From Eledone cirrhosa (taxonomy: Eukaryota), in assembly GCA_964016885.1 (NCBI GenBank), contig OZ024743.1, positions 73,842,001 through 73,906,000 on the forward strand: a stretch of 64,000 nucleotides of DNA. The letters are read 5' to 3'. Shown in pieces: positions 11,446 through 24,839 of the stretch (position 1 is the stretch's first letter; every line of letters starts with the position of its first letter). The position numbers and the translations under genes are program-made. Below the pieces are notes generated by a model that worked only from the letters and a program-made list of their open reading frames with translations, was not told the origin of the DNA and did no database searches.

Positions 11446-13897
11446 ATTGGAAATAGAAATAGAAACAACACAACTAACAATAACAATAGTACTAGTACAC
11501 ATAAAGCAGCAGCCTGGAACTCTACTTTTTATAATCCCTCCGATAAGTCGTTCGACCTGCGACGAGTCCACGCCACGACTTTACCGTTTAACAAACGCAC
11601 GCAATTGCCGTCGCAGGTCGATGAACAAACAGAAGCACAATTTAGTATAGCTAGATCCGAACTTAGAAATATTATAGAACAGTATAGCAAGAAGCATAAT
11701 AGAATGGAGGCCCAGCAACTGGGAGAAAAGTCTGCAAATGGCTTGCGTAAGCTCATGCAGCGCTCGCGTAATGGAGAGATAGCATGCTTTCCAACAGACA
11801 AGTCTGGCAGAATGTCGGTTGACAGCCTGCCAAACTACATCCAGGCAATGCAACCCCACATCACCAACACAAGAGAAGTAACACGATAGGAGCATGAGGA
11901 TAGAGAAAAATGCCTCAATGCCCATATGGTGATGTGAACGAATATAATGCAGCCCAACAAAAGGACTGCCAACAACTTCCAGGCCTGGAACAATGACGTG
12001 CCGGCGTTGTATGGGCTTCGAAAAGACCATAAAACGGGCAGTGACCCTGTCACGGGACCACCAACACGGCCAGTCTGTGGAGCTAACATTGCTAGTAACT
12101 ACAGACTGTCCTACTTCCTCTCCCTGATCATACGCCCCATCATTGAAATATCCCCAGATGTATGTGACAGCACGGAGGACCTCCTCAGCAGAATCAGCGA
12201 GGGTAACCGATCTAGGGACCTAACAAACTGCATAATAGGTAGTATGAATGTTGTGTCCTTGTATCCATCTATTGACATGGATTTTGCTGTGGAGAAATGC
12301 GTAGAAATGATCAGTGAGGGCAATGTTGTGTTCCGTGGGATTGATACCAGTGAGCTGGGACTCCTACTTAAACTTACCTATAGTAATAATTACCTAGACA
12401 CATATGACCATAGCAACCTGTGCCCTACAAGACCAGCAAGAGGCAGACCACCTACCATTACCTCAATGGCCAAGAAAACCCACACAGATAGATGGAACGG
12501 GTGGACCAGAGCCATACGGACACCCGAAAACCACGATGAATTGAAGAAAATGATTGCACATGCGGTGGGGGCCAGCATAAAATTAACCCTTAAGGAACAT
12601 ATGTTCAAATTTAATGGAAAAACATATGCCCAAGAGGAAGGAACAGCAATTGGTGTTAGCATTGCAGGCGACATAGCTAACTTATTCATGGTATGGTGGG
12701 ACAGTAGACTTAAACTTAAACTTAAAGAACAATTAGAAAACCCCTTAACCCTGATAATGTACTCCCGCTACGTTGATGATATAAACATCGTAATTAAAAC
12801 ACCCCCACTAGAGAACAGTCAGGAATTAGAGAAAAACACAATGGAAAGCATCCAGCAAATAGCTAACTCCATCCACCAGAGTATTAGACTTACTATAGAC
12901 TACCCAAGTAAACACCCAAACAACGATTACCTGTACTAAACACAGAGCTCTGGTTAGATACCATTAATAACAAAAAACAAATCCTCCATTCCCATTATGC
13001 CAAACCCATGACTTCCAAATATCTGATCCACCGAAACTCAGCTGTTTCAGACCATACCAAAATCAACATACTGATTGCGGATTTGGTACGGGTGATGAGA
13101 AACGTGTCCCGCATGTGCAACCCCGAAGAACTAGAGAGACACATACAACACTTCATCCACCGTATGCAGTTCTCTGGTTACAATCAGAGAGATAAAATCA
13201 GAGTGTATAGAGGAGCCAGAACCAAATGGGAGAAAATGGTAAATAATGACACAAATGGGACCTGCCCCTTGTATAGGAGCAAATTTTGGAATAGAATAGA
13301 AAGAACTAGGAATAAGGCTAATAGAATAAACTCATGGTATGATAGCAATAAATACCAGAGTGTAATGTCATCGATACAACCCCTAGAGGTGAATTAGCTT
13401 ACAAATTTAGAAGGGCCCTAGACAAACATAAACTCAATATTAAGATAGTAGAAAGACCAGGTACCTCCGTAAAAACACTTATTAGCAAGACATACCCTTT
13501 TCAAAGACCCCCCTGTATAGATAAGGAATGTATAACCTGTAAATTAAGCCCCCATATTAACTGTAAATCTAGAAATGTAGTATATAGCATATGATGTACT
13601 GAAGGACAATGTAGAGACAAAAATATAGTGTACATAGGTGAGACAGCTCGTAGTGTAGGGGAACGGATAAATGAACACTGGCGAGACCTTCAAGATAGTA
13701 AAGAATCATCTGTACTCTACCAACATGCTAAAATAGAACATAAGGGTAAATTAGAGAACATAGAAATAAAAATAGAATCTACACACAGAAAAGACGCAAT
13801 GTTTAGACAAATCACAGAGGCAATAAACATAAAAGAATTACAACCAAAATTAAATAGAAAATATGAGTGGAACAGCAACATCACAACTTACAATTAA
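11446..13897 (+). pseudogene. PLE reverse transcriptase / GIY-YIG ORF with stops and frameshifts
   Basis: PTDKSG, LYGLRKDHK, PTRPV, SLYPSI, YAQEEGTAIG, RYVDD; VVYSI*C..YIGETARSVGERINEH..EAINI..LN. Confidence 0.9.
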
Positions 13898-14098
13898 GGA
13901 CAAAATGAAAACACACACGCACATAGAACAAACAACCAACCTGTAACATGTAAATAAACAAATAAATAAATGAATATAAACACACACAGACACCCGGATG
14001 TGGCGCATGCGCAGACTGAGCACACAACACACACACAGAAACAAAATGGCGTAGGACAGAACAAAGGAGAGGAACAAAAACAAAGAAAAGAATCCCCA

Positions 14099-14141
14099 GT
14101 CACTGAAGAGGTCACAGAATGTGTGACGAAAGAACTTTGAC
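14099..14141 (+). ncRNA. Minimal type-I hammerhead ribozyme in the pLTR
   Basis: GTCA-CTGAAGA-G-GTCACA gaatg TGTGAC-GAAA-GAAC-TT-TGAC; minimal stem III typical of PLE hammerheads. Confidence 0.8.
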
Positions 14142-14348
14142 AATATATAAACAACCATCTGGTTGTGGAACCAACCAACCAACCGGAAATTTATAAATTC
14201 CTAAATTTATAAATTTATTATAATAAATTGAAGTGAAAGCAACTGGTGCGTGTGTTTCTTATTGGCAACATGAGCCTCCCAAAGTATAACAATATCGGTT
14301 TCAACACACGTTTTCAGATAAAGAATCTTGCTAAACAAATTCAGAAAC

Positions 14349-14417
<69 letters not shown>

Positions 14418-14689
14418 GTTCCGAAGAGATTGTTTTGGTAAAAACAGGAACAAGCAGGAGAAAGTTCTCAACATTTGTAGTTTGTAGCTAGTCTGGAGCT
14501 TCAGTATGATAATAGCATTAATAAAGATGCTGATGTTACATAAATCGTTTATTCATTATAATTATTTCAACGGTTCTTCCATGTAATCAAGATGTAATTC
14601 ATGCATTTGTTGTTGTTATGAGAACGGTATCCTCAGATGAAATTCGATTTTGTGATATGCCGCCGGTAGGATAAACCCGTCCCTTTGCT

Positions 14690-14830
14690 CATGCGCCCGG
14701 CACGAGTCTTAATAGTACTTAATTTTATCGTCCCCGTACGAGGCTAACCTCGGCGATATTTGAACTCAGAACGTAAAGTGCCGTAACTTTGTGCTACAAA
14801 ACGTTGTCCGACGCCCTATTGATTCTACTG
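14690..14830 (-). mobile_element. Degenerate S1-like SINE
   Basis: TAGTACTTAATTTTATCGTCCCCG..AACCTCGGCGATATTTGAACTCAG, a diverged reverse complement of S1. Confidence 0.6.
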
Positions 14831-14944
14831 TCACCCCTACCTCGTCCTTTACATGTGGTATATGATACGAATATTCTACTTTCCTTCAAGCATGGCGTGT
14901 TAAGTTGAATAATGGTTTCACTGTAACAATAGTGTAATACTGTG

Positions 14945-15310
14945 GATGTATCATGGCCGAATGTTTAAGCAGTTCGTTTCGCAATCATTCGATCTCGTGT
15001 TCGATCCCACTGCATGGTATCTTGAGCAAGTATCATTTACTATAGTTTCGTGTGGGTCCTTGTATTATGAATGAAATTGGGGAGATGGAAACCTGTTGGA
15101 ACCCTGTCGGATGAATTGTAGCTGTAATTTAAGGATCGAAGCTTATGGCACACTGCGTCTCACTGGATCATACTAAGAAATATGTTAAGGGGACATGCCC
15201 CCGTGGTCTGCTCAGCGACTTACCCGTTACTTTCAAAAGTAATCTGTTCTTTTGATCAAACAACTGGAATACATATCCTCGAAACTGCCGGATGTCCATC
15301 GATACTAAAT
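14945..15310 (+). mobile_element. Old tRNA-derived SINE (CORE-like)
   Basis: A box TGGCCGAATG, B box GTTCGATCCC, then TCTTGAGCAAGT..TACTATAG resembling a CORE domain. Confidence 0.55.
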
Positions 15311-15820
15311 ATGGAGTTTGCTCAAAGGAAACAGTAATAATATTATTTTAGAAACCAAATAAAGAAAACTCCGAAATAAAGTTAAATAAAACTAAAAAAA
15401 CAACCACGTCTCCTGTATATGTCATCTTTAGTGACATTTTTCCGAATTTTCCGATATGGTTAGAAATCTAGGTTCCATCAATATCCTCCTATGACTAGCA
15501 CTTAATGGATTAAAGTGAGAGATTGGAATTCAAAAAAAAGAAGTATAAATATATACTGTGTGTATTTTGCATCTGTTGTTGCTGCTATTTCTCCTGTTGT
15601 TGGTAACATTACGGCAGTTATCACTGTTGTTGTCATTCCTGATTCTTTTCAATTTATACCAGGAAAGAGAATGAATTATGCAAAGCACTAATTCCTTCAT
15701 CACTTCTGTCTCCTGACACCAGCCTGACAAAGAACTTTAACATTCCATACAGAAAAACTTTCGATTAAGCTTTTCTTTCCAACCCAACAAATAATTGAAA
15801 GTTTTTATCATTATTGTTGC

Positions 15821-15825
15821 ACTAT

Positions 15826-15884
<59 letters not shown>

Positions 15885-16040
15885 CTTCTTCTTCTTCTTC
15901 TTCTTCTTCTTCTTCTTCTTCTTCTTCTTCTTCTTCTTCTTCTTCTTCTTCTTCTTCTTCTTCTTCTTCTTCTTCTTCTTCTTCTTCTTCTTCTTCTTCT
16001 TCTTCTTCTTCTTCTTCTTCTCCACCTCCTCCTTCTCCTT
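15821..16040. repeat. Compound microsatellite (CTA)n(CTT)n
   Basis: Directly visible. Confidence 0.95.
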
Positions 16041-17149
16041 CGCCACATGAAATGTCACCCTCCCACCACGCCCCCTCCTTTCTGTTGCTGCTAACGCCCT
16101 ACTCTCTATAATATACAATTTACTGGGCTGGAAACAGTAACAGGTGTTCTCGAAGTTTTGCCGTTAGTGATTAGGTTACTTCTGCCGCTATTGCCGAATA
16201 GAAACAAACAACACAACACAAACAAACAAACAAATAAACAATCAAACAAATAAATAAAATAAATAAAATAAATAAAATAAATAAAATAAATAAAGGAAGG
16301 AAGAGTTTAGTTATTACATTTGTGGTTTCTATGACAACACTCAGGGATTACAAACCTCTGTAATGTTATTGAGACTTGATTCTACTTACAAAAAAAACAA
16401 CATTTTAAGCACAAGGCCAGCAATCTAAACTATAATAAAGTAAGGAGTACGGGACAACGCCCAGAATATATTTTTTTATCCCGTTTGTAAAATAAGTTGG
16501 ATTACTTTGAATAAATAATGAATGAATATTATATAATTTATCTACTAAATTTCGTTATTCTTGATTAAATATAAATAATGTTGTCGCTTATCTTAAGATT
16601 CACTTCTTTAAAATTTTCAAATGTCAACACTTCCGGTTAGCGATCGCTTAAATAAAGAGTCATATATTTCCGTCAATCGATTACATTACTGATTACAGTG
16701 TAACGCACTCTTCGTTCAATTTCTGTGTATATTGTCAATTACGATTTTATTTGATGTATCATATCTACATGTATATATACTTGCGTCTAATATCAATATA
16801 CACACTACACATGTTAGCAGAAAAACACCCGAAGTGGGGTTTTTCTGCTAGTCGACCCTAATATTCGATATCACTATTGTTGATATCAATTGGTTAAACA
16901 TTCATAAAGAGATATCAGTATTAGAAAGCACTATAAATACCATAAATGAGAGGAAAAGGAGGGGAAGAGTAAGGACTTCTAGACAAAGGAAGAAAGATTT
17001 GGACTTTGTTTTATCGAACCCTGCTGGATGAAAGCGGAAATTAATCTCGGTGGTATTTGAAGAAAGCCAGAAGAAATACTTCAAAACATTTCTTCTGACG
17101 CTCAGGCAATTCTGCTAATCCACCTCCCTAACCTATTAAACAACAACAA

Positions 17150-17482
17150 CAACTGCAGGTAGAGCGGTATGTTGTTAGAATGTATGTCGTTAGAATTGTT
17201 CCGATACTATGGGTATGTTGTTAGAATGTCTCCGGAAACAATTGTTGGACAGATTTTACGGGCAAAACCAACCGGTAAGAGACCCAGGGGTTAACCCCTA
17301 GCTAGATGGTTGGATAACATCCACGAGCTTGGCTGGTCTCGCTTGGGGATCTAGCCAGATCAATTGGAGATGGTTGCTTCTGGCAGGACCCACTGGAAGG
17401 AGTGTTTGAGGACTCTGACCACACGACCCTCTCAGGAATAATTGGGCCAAGAAGAAGAAGAAGAAGAAGAAGAAGAAGAAGA
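17150..17482 (+). mobile_element. RTE LINE 3' fragment with (GAA)n tail
   Basis: Translates YYGYVVRM..GKRPRG*P..RWLDNI (RTE C-terminal motif); ends in (AAG)n. Confidence 0.7.
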
Positions 17483-17656
17483 ATGCTTCCTGAGATTCGC
17501 CAACACTACACCTAATATTCCCCCTCCATACACTCACACACATGTATATCATGACTCTTACACTATTCACTTCCCTGACATTTGTACATTATTCTATGTA
17601 CTATACATGCACCTTTGATGAGCTGTAGTGCACCTGAGCACTGTACACAATCATTT

Positions 17657-19101
17657 CATTGGACGGACGGACCGGTAAAGTTGCTCGGGGTTTGGTTCGG
17701 ACCAGACCTCCAGATGGAAAAGAATTGGGACGAGTTAACGAGCAGAGTAGCCAGTCTCACCCAAAAATGGGTTGGAAGGAAGCTATCACTTAAAGGTCGC
17801 GTGGAGGTGGCGAATGCGTACAATGCGTCCGTTATCTACTACCACCCGACTGTCGTGCCTTTCCCCCGTCCGCGCCTCGTCTAGTTGGAACGGCTCCTCT
17901 TCAAATTCTTGTGGAAAGGACAAGTTCCGTTGGTGAGGCGGTCCATCTGCTGCCAGCACCCTCTACGCGGAGGGCTGGGAATGCCGTGGCTTATGATGCG
18001 CAGACATGCGCTGAGGCTGTGACATCTCCAGATATTCTGCCTAAACGGTGAACAGGTGTGGTCGCCGTTTCCGCACCTCGTTTCTTTGACTGAGCTGCAG
18101 TCCTGGGTCAAGAAGAGTTCGAGACTGGGTGACTGGCACATGGAATGTTGCCAGGCACTCACTGCCCTCTACCAAGCGGGCAATGCGATCAGTGGAACTT
18201 CCACTCTCGAGTTCTATAGAGGATTAGTGGTGGGCAAGTGCGATGACGCACTCGGAGAAGCGTTGGGCCTCGACGAAGTCGAACTGACCAGTCTGCACCG
18301 GAGGACTTTCGAGCCGGGGACGATGGACAATTTCCAGAAATTCCTCGCTTGGAGGTGCTACCCGGGGGGGGGGGGGGGGGGGGGCTTTGCCGGTAAACTC
18401 TACAGGCACGGAAGTGCTGTCAGACGGACCTGTCCAAGATGCGCACAGAGCAACGAAACCGTTCTGCATCAACTTGCCCAATGTCCGTGTATTACTGACT
18501 TGTGGAGTTATGTCGAACAGCTACTGTCACGTGTGGAACGGATCCGGCTATCGGCCGGGTCCATAGTGAAGATCGACCCGCCGCCTTCCTTAAGTCAGGA
18601 AGAGCAGACTATTTTCCTCTGTCTGGTGGCCGTTGCGAAAGAGGTTATATGGTGGACCAGATTAAAAGGACTGAAGACAGACACTTTTCTTTTCGGCCAA
18701 TCCCTCATCAACTTCTTCAAGTTTCACCTGGAAAGGAAGCTGAGGGTGGAGAGAAAAGTGCTGCCCCCCAGTACTTTTGCTAAAAGGTGTGAATTGGCCT
18801 ACTCTGACCATGCGCATATAGGCTAGCTAACTTGTGGAAAGGTGTGCTCTCCCTGGGTGCCCTAGAAGCGCAGGGTAGTTCAGGATTGGTGGGGTACCTG
18901 AGTCACCCCTGGGTCGTCCACCCCCTATAGGGGAATTTATTTTGTTATATTTATGCATAGTTTATATTATATTTTTTATATCTTCATTGTTGAATTGGTC
19001 TTGCCATTGTGCACTTTTACTCGACCTTATTGTAAACCCCCACGGTCCCTGTCTTTGTATTGTCCCCTAGATGTCGGCCCTTGTGGCCAATAAATGAAAT
19101 C
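17657..19101 (+). mobile_element. 5'-truncated Tx1-like LINE (family Tx1-B)
   Basis: VKLLGVWFG, LSLKGR, GGLGMP, CPRC..ETVLH..QC; 3' end GGCCCTTGTGGCCAATAAATGAAATC as at 37713 and 46073. Confidence 0.88.
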
Positions 19102-19103
19102 TT

Positions 19104-19352
19104 GTAATGCACTGGGTAATTGCTGGCCTTGTGCCAAAAAGTAGAAACAATTATTATTATGGATTGGCAGTATCGGTAGAGAGTCGGACACCGTGCTTTG
19201 AAGCATAGAGTTACGTCCCTTTAGGATCTGAGTTCAAATCCCGCCGAGGTTAACTTTACCTTTCATCCTAACGGGGTCGATAAAATAAAGTACTAGTAAT
19301 GTACTTGGTAATTGCTGGCCTTGTGCCAAAAATAGAAACAATTACTATTATT
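19104..19352 (+). mobile_element. S1 SINE: tail fragment (19104-19160) followed by a full copy (19161-19352)
   Basis: A-box-like TGGCAGTATCGG, B box GAGTTCAAATCC, central CCTTTCATCC..GGGGTCGATAAAATAAAGTAC, tail TGCTGGCCTTGTGCC..GAAACAATTATT. Confidence 0.85.
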
Positions 19353-19513
19353 ATGACTGGTATCAACATCAAAGGGAGACAATCTAAAGCGCTCTCTAGT
19401 CAGAACTTGAACTCAGAATGTTGGTGTTCAATATTTCTCAGATACTTCGATTCCATACATTCGGTTTTTTATAACACCTGGCCTTTTGCCAATGAAATCT
19501 TTAATATATTTTA

Positions 19514-19745
19514 TTGTTGTTACTTCAGACGTTGTTGTTGCTGTTGTTGTTGTTGTTGTTGTTGTTGTTGCTGTCGTTGTTTTTGATGTTGTTGTTGTTG
19601 CTGTTGCTGTTGTTGTTGTTGTTATTGTTATTGTTGTTGTTGCTGTCGTTGTTGTTGTTGATGTTGTTAGAGATGATGATATTATTGTTGTTGATGTTGT
19701 TGCTGCTGTTGTTGTTGTTTTTGTTGTTGTTGTTGTTGCTGTTGT
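19514..19745. repeat. Imperfect (GTT)n microsatellite
   Basis: Directly visible. Confidence 0.9.
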
Positions 19746-19899
19746 CTTTCATTATACACAAACACCAATGGTGGCAACAACAACAACAACGACATCTACA
19801 CCACCACCACCAACAACAACAACATGTATAGTGTTCATATGTTGGCATGTATGTAACGGAAACAGTACATAAACGTCATAAGTAATAACCATCTCTAGC

Positions 19900-22680
19900 A
19901 CCACTTTTAACATCACTACTACTACCTCCACTACACCACAGTTAATACCACTACTACTACCTCCACTACACCGCAGTTAATACCACTACTACTACTACTA
20001 CCTCCACTACACCACAGTTAATACCACTACTACTACCTCCACTACACCGCAGTTAATACCACTACTACTACTACCTCCACTACACCGCAGTTAATACCAC
20101 TACTACTACCTCCACTACACCACAGTTAATACCACTACTACTACCTCCACTACACCAAAGTTAATACTACTACTACCTCCACTACACTACAGTTAATACC
20201 ACTACTATTACCTCCACTACACCACAGTTAAAACCACTACTACTACCTCCACTACACCACAGTTAATACCACTACTACTACCTCCACTACACCACAGTTA
20301 ATACCACTACTACTACCTCCACTACACCACAGTTAATACCACTACTACTACTACCTCCACTACACCACAGTTAATACCACTACTACTACCTCCACTACAC
20401 CACAGTTAATACTACTACTACTACCTCCACTACACCACAGTTAATACCACTACTACTACCTCCACTACACCACAGTTAATACCACTACTACTACCTCCAC
20501 TACACCAAAGTTAATACTACTACTACCTCCACTACACTACAGTTAATACCACTACTATTACCTCCACTACACCACAGTTAAAACCACTACTACTACCTCC
20601 ACTACACCACAGTTAATACCACTACTACTACCTCCACTACACCACAGTTAATACCACTACTACTACCTCCACTACACCACAGTTAATACCACTACTACTA
20701 CTACCTCCACTACACCACAGTTAATACCACTACTACTACCTCCACTACACCACAGTTAATACTACTACTACTACCTCCACTACACCACAGTTAATACCAC
20801 TACTACTACCTCCACTACACCACAGTTAATACCACTACTACTACCTCCACTACACCAAAGTTAATACTACTACTACCTCCACTACACTACAGTTAATACC
20901 ACTACTATTACCTCCACTACACCACAGTTAAAACCACTACTACTACCTCCACTACACCACAGTTAATACCACTACTACTACCTCCACTACACCACAGTTA
21001 ATACCACTACTACTACCTCCACTACACCACAGTTAATACCACTACTACTACCTCCACTACACCACAGTTAATACCACTACTACTACCACCACCACCACTT
21101 TTAACATCACTACTACTACCTCCACTACACCACAGTTAATACCACTACTACTACCTCCACTACACCACAGTTAATACCACTACTACTACCACCACCACCA
21201 CTTTTAACATCACTACTACTACCTCCACTACACCACAGTTAATACCACTACTATTACCTCCACTACACCACAGTTAAAACCACTACTACTACCCCCACTA
21301 CACCACAGTTAATACCACTACTACTACCTCCAATACACCACAGTTAATACCACTACTACTACCACCACCACCACTTTTAACATCACTACTACTACCTCCA
21401 CTACACCACAGTTAATACCACTACTACTACCACCACCACCACTTTTAACATCACTACTACTACCTCCACTACACCACAGTTAATACCACTACTACTACCT
21501 CCACTACACCACAGTTAATACCACTACTACTACCACCACCACTTTTAACATCACTACTACTACCTCCACTACACCACAGTTAATACCACTACTACTACCT
21601 CCACTACACCACAGTTAATACCACTACTACTACCTCCACTACACCACAGTTAATACCACTACTACTACCTCCACTACACCACAGTTAATACCACTACTAC
21701 TACTACCTCCACTACACCACAGTTAATACTACTACTACTACCTCCACTACACCACAGTTAATACCACTACTACTACCTCCACTACACCACAGTTAATACC
21801 ACTACTACTACTACCTCCACTACACCACAGTTAATACCACTACTACTACCTCCACTACACCACAGTTAATACTACTACTACTACCTCCACTACACCACAG
21901 TTAATACCACTACTACTACCTCCACTACACCACAGTTAATACCACTACTACTACCTCCACTACACCACAGTTAATACCACTACTACTACCTCCACTACAC
22001 CACAGTTAATACCACTACTACTACCTCCACTACACCACAGTTAATACCACTACTACTACCTCCACTACACCACAGTTAATACCACTACTACTACTACCAC
22101 CACCACCACCACTTTTAACATCACTACTACTACCTCCACTACACCACAGTTAATACCACTACTACTACCTCCACTACACCACAGTTAATACCACTAGTAC
22201 TACCTCCACTACACCACAATTAATACCACTACTACTACCTCCACTACACCACAGTTAATACCACTAGTACTACCTCCACTACACCACAGTTAATACTACT
22301 ACTACTACCTCCACTACACCACAGTTAATACCACTACTACAACCTCCACTACACCACAGTTAATACCACTACTACAACCTCCACTATACCACAGTTAATA
22401 CCACTACTACTACCTCCACTACACCACAGTTAATACCACTACTACTACCTCCACTACACCACAGTTAACACCACTACTACTACCTCCACTACACCACAGT
22501 TAACACCACTACTACTACCTCCACTACACCACAGTTAATACCATTACTACTACTACCTCCACTACACCACAGTTAATACCACTACTACTACCTCCACTAC
22601 ACCACAGTTAATACCATTACTACTACCTCCACTACACCACAGTTAACACCACTACTACTACCACCATCACCACCACAGTT
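19900..22680. repeat. 35-bp minisatellite (CCACTACACCACAGTTAATACCACTACTACTACCT)n with 350-bp higher-order repeat
   Basis: The variant TACACCAAAG recurs at 20151, 20501 and 20851; decays into (CAC)-rich sequence to ~23000. Confidence 0.95.
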
Positions 22681-23060
22681 AAGGCTAATACTAACACCAC
22701 TACCACCGTACCACCACCACCACCACTCTAGCACCACTGTTCACAATACCACTACCACCACCAATATCTCCACCACTGCCACGACACTTAACACCACTAC
22801 TACTACAACCACCACTACGACTGGTAAGACCACTAATACCACCACCACGCTACCACCACTGTTAACACCACCACCACCACCACGCTACCACCAGTGGTAA
22901 CACCACCACCACCTCCACGCTACCACCACTGTTAACACCACCACCACTCTACAACCACACTTAACCCCACTACTATCACCACCACCACTACAACCACTAC
23001 CATCCTCACCAGCATCATAATCAACAACATCGATAAATTCATCATCATTATCATCATTAT

Positions 23061-23237
23061 TATCGGTAGAGGGTCGGACGCCATGCTTTGACGCATAGAG
23101 TTACGGCCCTTGCCATTCTGAGTTCAAATCCCGCCGAGGTTGACTTTGCCTTTCATCCTTACGGGGTCGATAAAATAAAGTACCAGTAATGCACTGGGTA
23201 ATTGCTGGCCTTGTGCCTAAAGTAGAAACAATTATTA
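23061..23237 (+). mobile_element. S1 SINE
   Basis: Aligns along its length to 19170-19350. Confidence 0.85.
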
Positions 23238-23239
23238 TC

Positions 23240-23495
23240 GCCATCAACAACATCATCATCATCATCATCATTATCACCATTATCACCATCATCATCATCA
23301 TCATCATCACCATCATCACCATCATCACCATCATCATCACCATCATTATCATCACCATCATCACCATCATCATCATTATCATCACCATCATCACCATCAT
23401 CACCATCATCACCATCATCATCACCATCATCACCATCACCATCATCACCATCATCATCACCATCATCACCATCATCATCATCGTCACCATTATTA
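23240..23495. repeat. (CAT/CAC)n microsatellite
   Basis: Directly visible. Confidence 0.9.
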
Positions 23496-24329
23496 TCGAG
23501 AACAATAACATTTCACTTTCATAAAATAAAATAAAAATACAGCAATCGTTCAAACTTATATTACAAAAACAAACTTGCCAAAAAATTTCCCTTGCATACA
23601 TTTCATTCCTTACCTCCATCCTTCCCTCCATCCTTCCCCCCATACTTCTCTTCATCCTTAACTCCATCCTTACCTTCTTTCTTTCCTTCCTTTTCTCTTT
23701 CTCTCTTTCTCGCTTTCTCTCTTACTTACTATCTTTCTTTTTATCTTTCTTTCTAGTTTGTATTTTATGAATTTTGGCGTTGTAGATTGGTTTTTTTATC
23801 ACGATGAAATGGAAATTGGAAAAGATAAGTCATTTTGATTGACTTAAGTGAAAATATGAATCAACAACACCAACAACAATAAGAACACCATCAGTATTCC
23901 ACCATCATCAACAACAACAACAGTAGCTGAATATCAATAATATAACAACACCCGACCACCGCTTCTATCACCAACACTAATAACAAGAATATGATAGGAA
24001 ATTTTACTTTCCGCACCATACAAAATATAATAGAGGCACTCAGCAATAAATATAAACATACACGAAAAAAACATGAAATAAAATAATAAAATATATAGCC
24101 CAAGACGAAAATTTTAAAATTTGCCAAAGAATTCTAATGCGTTTTGCTGCAGAGAATTGGCACACATGCAGTGCTATTAAGTCTTAAGAAAAACTTGTAG
24201 CGGAACGGTAAACACGAGAGTTTCAACAACATGAATAAACAACATTACTGAAATGTATATATGTCTTAATTGTAATACACACACATAAGCACGTACACAC
24301 ACACACTCATAGACAAATGTATATTTATA

Positions 24330-24474
<145 letters not shown>

Positions 24475-24491
24475 GTATATATATGTATATA

Positions 24492-24563
<72 letters not shown>

Positions 24564-24676
24564 CTCGAACGCAAACATATACATACGCCGAACACACACA
24601 TATATACACTGACCCCACTCCCCATATATATATATACACACACATATATATATATATATATGACACGAACACAAAT

Positions 24677-24707
<31 letters not shown>

Positions 24708-24839
24708 CATATATATATATATATACATAATTAACATATAATATTTGGTTGCTTGTATTAAAATTATGAAGCACTCAGTACCTATTGTAGAGTTAAGTAG
24801 ATATATATAAAACAATACAAAACTATATAATATACATTG

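Larger units (their letters stand above)
11375..14350 (+). mobile_element. Penelope-like element (RT + Cys-rich linker + GIY-YIG; possibly Neptune-type) with 3' pLTR and 5' inverted pLTR piece
   Basis: 11375-11445 is the reverse complement of 14224-14295; pLTR 13900-14350 recurs at 40770-41180; (TA)n flanks. Confidence 0.9.

Noticed and set aside
13592-13594. In-frame TGA beside Cys in the GIY-YIG region as possible selenocysteine (as in Naiad PLEs)
   Set aside because: It precedes rather than replaces the Cys, the copy has other stops and frameshifts, the endonuclease is C-terminal, and no SECIS was recognised; TGG>TGA decay is simpler.
14945-15020. tRNA gene
   Set aside because: A and B boxes are present but there is no cloverleaf, and it continues into a SINE body.
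19900-22680. CRISPR-like array or mucin-like coding repeat
   Set aside because: No unique spacers; the 35-bp unit is not a multiple of 3 and contains stop codons.
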